From Litoribacterium kuwaitense (GTDB lineage: Bacteria; Bacillota; Bacilli; Bacillales; DSM-28697): a stretch of DNA of 24,000 bases. Below are positions 1 through 6,989 of the stretch, one piece after another. A program made the position numbers and the translations under genes. Under the pieces are notes generated by a model. That model had not been told where the DNA came from and did not search any database. It saw only the letters and a list, made by a program, of their open reading frames with translations. Position 1 is the stretch's first letter. Each line of letters starts with the position of its first letter. The DNA lies in contig NZ_JAALFC010000016.1 of NCBI RefSeq assembly GCF_011058155.1, positions 36,011 to 60,010 on the forward strand, written 5' to 3'.

Positions 1-1
1 C

Positions 2-1111
2 ATAAATACCGTCGGATGTATCAACAAAACGGCTGAACGTCTGGCGGCGATGGCTGATCGGAAAATGCGCGGCCAAGGGGTGGACGGCGTTTATCATTAC
101 GCCCACCTTTTTGGCTGTTCACAGCTTGGCGATGACCTGTTATACACACAAACCATTTTGAGTAACCTCGTCCATCACCCAAATGCAGCGGGGGTTCTCG
201 TTTTAGGGCTTGGATGTGAAAACAACCATCTAAGTGCATTTAAGGATGTTCTCGGTGATATAGATGAGAGGCGGGTAAAATTTCTTGGCGTTCAAGACAG
301 TGACGATGAATTTACCGAAGGGTTGGATCTGCTCGATGAACTTTGGGCGTATGCGCGCACCTTTGAACGTACGCCTGTTCCATTGTCCAAATTAAAGGTT
401 GGCTTGAAGTGTGGTGGATCAGACGGCTTTTCCGGCATTACCGCGAACCCTTTGGTTGGTGCGTTGTCTGATGTATTAATTGAACATGGCGGGACGACTG
501 CGCTCACCGAAGTACCAGAAATGTTTGGTGCTGAAACGATCCTCATGGAACGAGCGAAGGATGAACGAACATTTGATAACATCGTTACACTCATTAACGA
601 CTTTAAACAGTATTTTATTCGGCACGATCAGCCAGTATATGAAAATCCTTCGCCAGGAAATAAAGACGGCGGCATCACGACACTTGAGGAGAAATCCTTA
701 GGCTGTGTGCAAAAAGGCGGTTTTTCTGAAGTCGTCGATGTCCTTCCATATGGTGGAAGGTTGAAGACGCCAGGGCTTAACCTATTGCAAGGACCAGGGA
801 ACGATCTTGTATCGGTCACCAATCTCGCTGCTTCAGGCGCTCACATTGTCATCTTTACGACTGGACGCGGCACACCTTTTGGGGGACCGGTGCCTACTGT
901 TAAAATGTCGACCAATTCAGCACTTGCCGAGAAGAAAAAACATTGGATCGACTTTAATGCGGGGGTACTTTTAGACGGTCAGCCGGTCGAAAAGGTGACA
1001 AACGATTTGCTCGATTATCTCATTGCCTTGGCCTCCGGAGATGTTTTGGCGCGAAATGAAGAATATGGCTACAAAGAAATATCGATTTTTAAAGACGGCG
1101 TTATTTTATAA
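2..1111 (+). CDS. uxaA: Altronate dehydratase (UxaA), C-terminal ~370 aa; the 5' end lies left of the window
   Basis: The frame is open from nt 2 (INTVGCINKTAERLAAMADRK...), so the ATG at 50 is internal. The sequence is GD_AH_C-type (HLFGCSQLGDD, HPNAAGVLVLGLGCENN, KCGGSDGFSGITANP). It lies directly upstream of uxaB. Confidence 0.9.
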   Translation: MNTVGCINKTAERLAAMADRKMRGQGVDGVYHYAHLFGCSQLGDDLLYTQTILSNLVHHPNAAGVLVLGLGCENNHLSAFKDVLGDIDERRVKFLGVQDSDDEFTEGLDLLDELWAYARTFERTPVPLSKLKVGLKCGGSDGFSGITANPLVGALSDVLIEHGGTTALTEVPEMFGAETILMERAKDERTFDNIVTLINDFKQYFIRHDQPVYENPSPGNKDGGITTLEEKSLGCVQKGGFSEVVDVLPYGGRLKTPGLNLLQGPGNDLVSVTNLAASGAHIVIFTTGRGTPFGGPVPTVKMSTNSALAEKKKHWIDFNAGVLLDGQPVEKVTNDLLDYLIALASGDVLARNEEYGYKEISIFKDGVIL

Positions 1112-1129
1112 TCGCCATGGAGGGATTGA

Positions 1130-2623
1130 ATGATGCAATTAAATAAACAAGTGTATGAAACATTGAAACAAGAGCCTGTGCCGTCGTATCCAGAAAAAAT
1201 CCTCCAATTTGGCGAAGGGAATTTTTTACGCGGTTTCACAGGCTGGATGGTTCAGAAGATGAACAAACAAGGCATTTTTCAAGGGCAGATTGTCGCCATA
1301 CAGCCGACACCACATGGAAAAGTCGTGCCGAAGCTGAATGCGCAGGAAGGGCTGTATACATTCGTTCAAAAAGGGATGGATCAAGGGGAAACAGTCGACC
1401 AGGCAGAAGTGATCACAGCCATTTCCCGAGGGATTAACCCATACGAAGCGTGGCAGTCCGTCCTTGACGTTGCTGCTTCTCCCGACATCTGCGTCATATT
1501 TTCCAACACGACCGAAGCAGGCCTTGTTTATGAAAAAGAAGATATGGAGCCCGGGAAAGCGCCTTTGTCATTTCCTGGGAAGTTGACACTTGCACTAGAG
1601 CACCGCTTTCAGCAAGGTCTGTCGGGAGTGTTTATCATTCCTTGTGAGCTTGTTGAAGGGAATGGTGATTTATTGAAAGAAATCGTGTTAAAGAAGGCAG
1701 AAGATTGGGAGTTATCTGCCGGGTTTGTCGAATGGCTCCTTGTTCAAAACACATTTTGTAACACACTCGTTGACCGAATCGTTCCTGGTTTTCCAAAAGG
1801 GCAAGAAGAAGCGTATGAAAAAAGGCTAGGGTATCAAGACGATCTTATCGTGATTGGTGAACCGTATCATTTATTTGCGATTGATGATGATGAAAAGCGA
1901 TTGGAGGATGTGCTGCCTTTAAAAGCAGCGGGCATCAACGTCCATTACGGAGACGTTCAGCCGTATCGTGACATGAAGGTGGCGCTTTTAAACGCCCCAC
2001 ACACGTCAATGTTTGCGTTAGCCTATCTTGCCGGTATTGATACCGTCGGGGAAGTGATGAACGATTCATTGCTGCGATCGTTTACTGAAGAGGCGATGTC
2101 TAAAGAACTGATTCCTGTCTTTAAGGCAGAAGCGACGGAAAAAGAAGCATTTGCCGTTGCCGTGTTGGAGCGCTTTGAAAATCCATTTACGAAACACAAT
2201 CTTACCGACTTAGGGATGAATGCGACGCAAAAATGGCGGACAAGAGTACTGCCTTTATTTCATGCCTATGTGTCAAAATACGACGCAATTCCGCCGCTCC
2301 TGTCCTTGTCGCTCGCCGGATTGATCGCTTATGAAAAGCCGATCGCAAGAGAGGGCGCCTTCTTAAAAGGACAACGTGGCAGTGATACGTATCAAATTCG
2401 GGATAGCGACGCAGCGATCGATTTATTTGAGGAGCAATGGGGCTTATATGACCAAGGTGAACTGACCATTCGTGAGCTCGTTCAGGCGATTTTAGCGGCC
2501 AAAGAGCTATGGGGCATGTCGTTAGCTGATGTGGAAGGGTTATCTGAAACGGTCACTGCAGGACTGGAGGATATTAGAAGGTTAAAAGTGCGGGGAGCGA
2601 TTGAGAAACGGCTGAAGAGCTGA
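1130..2623 (+). CDS. uxaB: Tagaturonate reductase / altronate oxidoreductase (mannitol dehydrogenase family)
   Basis: GGAGGG SD 5 nt upstream of the ATG. Collinear with E. coli UxaB as I remember it (ILQFGEGNFLRGF, FSNTTEAG, IIPCELVEGNGD, FCNTLVDRIVPGFP, LLNAPHT, DTVGEVMND). 497 aa. Confidence 0.9.
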   Translation: MMQLNKQVYETLKQEPVPSYPEKILQFGEGNFLRGFTGWMVQKMNKQGIFQGQIVAIQPTPHGKVVPKLNAQEGLYTFVQKGMDQGETVDQAEVITAISRGINPYEAWQSVLDVAASPDICVIFSNTTEAGLVYEKEDMEPGKAPLSFPGKLTLALEHRFQQGLSGVFIIPCELVEGNGDLLKEIVLKKAEDWELSAGFVEWLLVQNTFCNTLVDRIVPGFPKGQEEAYEKRLGYQDDLIVIGEPYHLFAIDDDEKRLEDVLPLKAAGINVHYGDVQPYRDMKVALLNAPHTSMFALAYLAGIDTVGEVMNDSLLRSFTEEAMSKELIPVFKAEATEKEAFAVAVLERFENPFTKHNLTDLGMNATQKWRTRVLPLFHAYVSKYDAIPPLLSLSLAGLIAYEKPIAREGAFLKGQRGSDTYQIRDSDAAIDLFEEQWGLYDQGELTIRELVQAILAAKELWGMSLADVEGLSETVTAGLEDIRRLKVRGAIEKRLKS

Positions 2624-2624
2624 C

Positions 2625-2844
2625 AACGTGGATAAACCATGGAGAGGAGTCGTTACTGTGGATGGATGGAAATATGTCTGTTTTGAAGGTGTACCATGGT
2701 TAATGTTCAACCTGAATGAAGATCCCTATGAACAAGTGAATTTAGCTCACAATAGTTTATATAAAAAAGAAAGAAAAAAATAAATGATCTTTGAAAAAAT
2801 GGATCATAGAAACAGAAGATGAATTTGTATTGCCAGAATACTAG
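2625..2844 (+). pseudogene. Remnant of the C-terminal ~70 codons of a sulfatase (arylsulfatase-type tail); catalytic N-terminus absent, at least two frameshifts
   Basis: Begins right after the uxaB stop. Frame 0 reads ..PWRGVVTVDGWKYVCFEGVPWLMFNLNEDPYEQVNLAHNSLYKKERKK* (stop 2781-2783). INDL follows in a second frame, then SLKKWIIETEDEFVLPEY* in a third, ending at 2844. The frame switches sit in A/T homopolymer runs. The F-L-x-DPYE-x-N-L motif is typical of sulfatase C-termini. There is no start codon and no CxPxR region. Confidence 0.55.
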
Positions 2845-2949
2845 TAAACCGGAGACAAGAGATTGATACGATGGTAAGTAAATAGACATAGAATTTCGGT
2901 TAAAATTCATACTGGCTAGTTTATTAGAGAAAGTATTCTTTAGATTGAC

Positions 2950-2987
2950 AGAGTGAGAATCAATGACGATTTTCACTCTTTTTCTTT
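2950..2987 (+). terminator. Rho-independent terminator ending the uxaAB / remnant transcription unit
   Basis: AGAGTGAGAATC / GATTTTCACTCT: 12-bp stem with one G:U pair and a 6-nt loop, followed by TTTTTCTTT. Confidence 0.7.
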
Positions 2988-3232
2988 ATATAAAAAGAAA
3001 AAGTTGCACGTAGTGGTTCAATTAAGATAAAATAAACCCGAGAAAGTAGATGGGATAACGTTAATTTAGCTTCTTTGTCTCAATAAGTCTTCTTTTTTGC
3101 AATTGTCTAGTTAACTTTGATATAACTTACATTGAGATTAATTTTCAATCACACGTTTGAATCGCAACCATATATAACAATATTGAGCGGTTCGTGTATA
3201 CATAGTCAGTAAGAGGGGAGGAGTTTTTTTCG

Positions 3233-3721
3233 ATGACAGATCATCAACAAACCTTTAAGGATGTCATGTCTAAATATCCGACGGGTGTAACCGTCGTGAC
3301 CACTCAAGAAGAGGGGGGTTCACCGGTTGGTTTAACCGTTAATTCATTCGCTTCTGTTTCGATTGATCCGTTGCTCGTGCTCTGGTCAATCGATCACAAT
3401 GTAAATTCCAGGCCGACTTTCTTACAGGCAAAGCGTTTTGCTATTCACGTGCTTGCCGAGGATCAGGAGGACGTCTGTTGGACATTTGCTAAAAAAGATA
3501 TTGATCGCTTTGCCTCGTGCGCGTGGAATGTCTCTGAACATGGACTTCCGGTGCTCGAAGGTGCTGCCGCCGTATTCCAATGCGAAACGTATCAAGTCGT
3601 CGATGCTGGTGACCATAACATTCTCATCGGTCGTGTCATTGATATTCAGAACAATAAGAAGAATCCAATGCTGTATTATCACCGTGGTATCCGAAAAATG
3701 CCTGGTGAGTGGCATTCATAG
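3233..3721 (+). CDS. Flavin reductase family protein (HpaC-like NAD(P)H:flavin oxidoreductase)
   Basis: GAGGGGAGGAG SD upstream. Flavin_Reduct-type motifs (PTGVTVVTT, GLTVNSFASVSIDPLLVLWSI, DHNILIGRV). 162 aa. Confidence 0.85.
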   Translation: MTDHQQTFKDVMSKYPTGVTVVTTQEEGGSPVGLTVNSFASVSIDPLLVLWSIDHNVNSRPTFLQAKRFAIHVLAEDQEDVCWTFAKKDIDRFASCAWNVSEHGLPVLEGAAAVFQCETYQVVDAGDHNILIGRVIDIQNNKKNPMLYYHRGIRKMPGEWHS

Positions 3722-3847
3722 AGGTTGAAGGACTTGAGTCGTTCTTTCCTCAGCCAAGCTCGAAATGTAATCGAGCAAAAATCCGAAGAGAAGCTCGGGT
3801 ATGAGGTCATGATTGCCAAGTGTGAGGTCTTTTCCCAACAGTAAGAT

Positions 3848-3881
3848 GGAGCGTATCTACACGTAGACGCGCTCCTTTTTT
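3848..3881 (+). terminator. Rho-independent terminator, plus-strand orientation
   Basis: GGAGCG..TCTAC / GTAGA..CGCTCC stem followed by six T (3876-3881). The reverse orientation lacks a good U tract. Confidence 0.75.
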
Positions 3882-3889
3882 GGTGCGTT

Positions 3890-5392
3890 TCAGTCCATTG
3901 GCGCATTTGAAGGGCGAATGACGACTGCTGTATTTGGCTCTAATGATAGCTCAAGCGTACCCTCATGAAGCGAGCGGTTTTGATCGATGAGGACGAGCCC
4001 TTGATGTGTTATTTGATATATGCTGACTGAGTCGATATGTTCCCACTCTTCGGGAAGTGACCAAGTCTTCGTGTCATAGCCGTCCTTGCTATAGGCAATA
4101 CATTCAATATCATCTTTCCAGAGGGCTGGAAGAATAAGGTTGGTTCCTTGCTGTAGCAAGCGACCATTTTGTCGAATCGTTTGATCGTAAAGGTGAACGG
4201 TCACTCCGTTTGAATAGGATATGACGCGACGCTCTGCTTCACCATCCAGTTTGATCCGCTGGAGCTGGTTTAAAAATTGGTAACGTAGAGTCGTGAGGCA
4301 GTATCTTTCTATAAATAACGCGTGCCACTGATCACGAAACGCCGTCCTTTCGTGGTCATAAAAAATATCTTCACCATGCATACTCGTACCAAATAAAAAC
4401 GCTAAGTCAATCCGATGTGGAATGCCAGGCAATGTGTAATCACGAATTAATCCGCCACTTACGAGGGACGCTGGCCTTTCAAGGAAATGCTGTTCACGTG
4501 TTTGATCGAACCACCACGACCACGGCTGCAGCCCAATGAAAGGGTCATTTCGTAAATGCGAAAAATTTTCACTTGTGACATCAATCCTGCAATTCCGAAA
4601 ATAACGGATTGTTTTACGCATGTAGCTCGATTGTTCTTCCTCGCTAATACCAAAGTATGGATTCATTCTTGGGAAATAAGCATCGATGTGGACTGTGCCG
4701 GCGTCGTCAAGCTGGAGAAGGTCGATGAGCTTATCTATGCGCTGTACCGCCAGTCCACTCTCCCATTCATGGTGATAGCATATTTGATAGGCAGGTCGGT
4801 TATTATAGTTGCCAATTTGCATCAATGAGCCATCTGAATGGTGCGCAATCGCATTGTTGGTGACATAGGTATCCCATAGGGGGCTGTCGTCGTAAGCGTC
4901 GGTCATATTCGTATGGACACTGATCGTCGTATTATATTTTTTCGCTTCCTTTGCAAGCCACAAATAGCTGTCCCGTGCACTGTTGTCTTCTGGTCGTTTT
5001 AACGCTGGGTTGACTTCATCCCATGCAGGATATTTGTCATCGTGTCCATTATATTGCCAGCCGACTAGATAGACGATTTTTGCGATGTGTCTTGTAAGTA
5101 TGTCTGTTTCCTTGATCGTTTGGAGCGCGCGTTCAAATGTGCAAAATACGTTTGACCCGCCTGCACCGTCTGGTACTGACATGAGCAGCTTCATCGTCAA
5201 GGTGTTCGTATAATCGTGGATGTATGGTCGCTCTGGTGCGAGCGTTAAAGTCCAGTCGTATGGATCTCCCGAAATACGACGCCATTGATCATTATTTCCC
5301 TTTGAATTTTTGATGTTGATCACTCCTCTTGAATATATAGGTTCTTCATTTTTCTGTGGATTAAAAAGCAAACTTGGGGTGTCGGTCGCCAA
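3890..5392 (-). CDS. Putative glycoside hydrolase, GH101/GH129-like (endo-alpha-N-acetylgalactosaminidase family) TIM-barrel protein; start codon unresolved
   Basis: Long ORF with a firm stop at 3890. The motif IVYLVGWQYNGHDDKYPAW, plus TVHIDAYF and DVTSENF, resembles the GH101/GH129 catalytic core as I remember it. No signal peptide. In-frame start candidates are ATG 5467 (59-nt overlap with the upstream gene), TTG 5392, TTG 5371 and GTG 5323. None has a well-spaced SD. Confidence 0.6.
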   Translation of the reverse strand: MATDTPSLLFNPQKNEEPIYSRGVINIKNSKGNNDQWRRISGDPYDWTLTLAPERPYIHDYTNTLTMKLLMSVPDGAGGSNVFCTFERALQTIKETDILTRHIAKIVYLVGWQYNGHDDKYPAWDEVNPALKRPEDNSARDSYLWLAKEAKKYNTTISVHTNMTDAYDDSPLWDTYVTNNAIAHHSDGSLMQIGNYNNRPAYQICYHHEWESGLAVQRIDKLIDLLQLDDAGTVHIDAYFPRMNPYFGISEEEQSSYMRKTIRYFRNCRIDVTSENFSHLRNDPFIGLQPWSWWFDQTREQHFLERPASLVSGGLIRDYTLPGIPHRIDLAFLFGTSMHGEDIFYDHERTAFRDQWHALFIERYCLTTLRYQFLNQLQRIKLDGEAERRVISYSNGVTVHLYDQTIRQNGRLLQQGTNLILPALWKDDIECIAYSKDGYDTKTWSLPEEWEHIDSVSIYQITHQGLVLIDQNRSLHEGTLELSLEPNTAVVIRPSNAPMD

Positions 5393-5408
5393 ACGGTGTT
5401 GACGACGA

Positions 5409-6791
5409 TCACTGCTGAAGATTTTTCTCTTGAATATATGCAAGTAATTCCTCAAAGCCTTCTGCATTTCCTGTCGTTTCAGCAATATCATGTAGCGCAT
5501 CGTAAAATTTTTGCTTATCCAGGTTATGCATATATTCGTATTCAAACCCACGTGCTGTATATACGGCAAAGCTCCAGATTGCCTCATGGTCACGCCTGCA
5601 AGCCCCTTTAGCAATCGCATCAAGAATTTTTAGCAATTCGACAGTGACGACGACATTTCCTCTTGCATAGTGACGAATGGAGGCAAAGCCGATATATAAA
5701 TAATCCTCAAATTTTAGTTCCTGTAAAATCAGTCGAAGCTTTTCGAACGAATCATTTAAATAAGGACTGAAATTGACATTTTGCGAAATGTAAATGAGCA
5801 AGTCGCCGATTTCGTAAAATGTCCGGATCGCGGTACGTGGATCGTAGTTCCCAAGCGCACGGATGGCAATTTCCACGAATTTATTGAGACTAAATTCGAT
5901 GTCTTGAATTTCCGTTCGATTTTTGCCAAAGCGGAAAAACGACAAATACTTAGCGCGGTCGATGTCTGTGTCACCCCAATATAATAAAAGCGGGTTCGTT
6001 CCAAAGACATAATTGCCAACGTTGTATTGAAGCTGGATGACTAGATTGTCTTGTTCCGCTTGTTTAAGAAGATCACGAAAATTGACGGTAATTAAGTAGC
6101 CGGATTGGTCGGCATATAACGTACGGGCATGATCGGTCTTCACGTGGTCAATCTGTGCATTTTCTTTGGTCACACGATACGGGTCTAGTTCTTGAAGCAT
6201 GGACGTTTCGATAATGGATGTCGACTCTTCCTTCATGGAGCTTGTCATATTTGTAATCTGCAGCCAATTGACAATGTGGTTAATAAAAAGGACAAAAGCG
6301 CTTAAAGATAGCAAAGCAAGCAACGTCGCTGTTAAAGGAATTAAACTGTATTGGGTGTCGTCTCCATCTTCAACAAATAAAAGGCAAAGGAGGACAAATA
6401 AAAAGCTTCCTATAAAAATACCGAGCGTCCGCTGTGTAATGCGATGGAGCATGAAATTTTTTAAGATGCGCGGTGAAAACTGCGAAGAAAACGTCGTCAG
6501 GGCAGTTAGCACGCCATAAAACGTAAAGGACGTGAGTGACAGCAATCCACCGGTGAGTGTACTAAGCAGAGATTGTGTTAACGAAAAGCCCGAGCTTAAT
6601 ACGGAAGGCATGCTTTCCCCTGCTTTCATGACTAGGTCTGCCCAAGCAATGACACCAAATAAAAACAGTGACGATACTGAAAACAGGGCTGGCGTCATCC
6701 AAAGATTTGTAAATAGGAGCTGTTGTCGTTCGCGAGTTGACATTTTAATAAATGATACTATTTGATCGCGACATTTTTGAAAGTGTTGCAT
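5409..6791 (-). CDS. DUF2254 family membrane protein
   Basis: GAGGTGATGA SD 7 nt upstream of the ATG. The N-terminal half has several TM helices and the DUF2254-like motif FSPRILKNFMLHRITQRTLGIFIGSFLF. The C-terminal half is soluble. 460 aa. Confidence 0.8.
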   Translation of the reverse strand: MQHFQKCRDQIVSFIKMSTRERQQLLFTNLWMTPALFSVSSLFLFGVIAWADLVMKAGESMPSVLSSGFSLTQSLLSTLTGGLLSLTSFTFYGVLTALTTFSSQFSPRILKNFMLHRITQRTLGIFIGSFLFVLLCLLFVEDGDDTQYSLIPLTATLLALLSLSAFVLFINHIVNWLQITNMTSSMKEESTSIIETSMLQELDPYRVTKENAQIDHVKTDHARTLYADQSGYLITVNFRDLLKQAEQDNLVIQLQYNVGNYVFGTNPLLLYWGDTDIDRAKYLSFFRFGKNRTEIQDIEFSLNKFVEIAIRALGNYDPRTAIRTFYEIGDLLIYISQNVNFSPYLNDSFEKLRLILQELKFEDYLYIGFASIRHYARGNVVVTVELLKILDAIAKGACRRDHEAIWSFAVYTARGFEYEYMHNLDKQKFYDALHDIAETTGNAEGFEELLAYIQEKNLQQ

Positions 6792-6916
6792 ATAATCATC
6801 ACCTCAATCATTTTTGAACGTACCCCGATCGTTAGTGAAAATAACCTCTTCAATGTGTTTGAATGTGTTTTAATAAAAGATGAAAAATTACGAAAATATA
6901 AATAGGATGTTTTCGT

Positions 6917-6933
6917 ATACCCTATAAGGGTAT
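6917..6933. promoter_or_regulatory. CsoR-type operator-like palindrome upstream of the copper ATPase
   Basis: ATACCCT-ATA-AGGGTAT is a perfect 7-3-7 inverted repeat, 57 nt upstream of the GTG start and just downstream of a TATAAA box (6897-6902). It resembles the Bacillus copZA CsoR box (TACCC..N..GGGTA), recalled from memory. Confidence 0.55.
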
Positions 6934-6989
6934 AACGTGAATAGAGAGAGCGCTCAGCGCAAAATCTATTGGCGTAGGAGGGAACCGAT

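Noticed and set aside
2707-2976. 89-aa minus-strand ORF in the AT-rich region
   Set aside because: It overlaps the sulfatase remnant on the opposite strand and runs through a terminator stem. Its composition is Phe/Ile/Lys-rich, as expected from AT-rich non-coding DNA, and it has no SD.
5409-5623. N-terminal ~70 codons of the 577-aa ORF-track model of the glycosidase
   Set aside because: This stretch lies entirely within the well-supported C-terminal coding region of the DUF2254 gene, in another frame on the same strand. It has no SD and is most likely a chance open frame. The real uncertainty about the start is reported separately.
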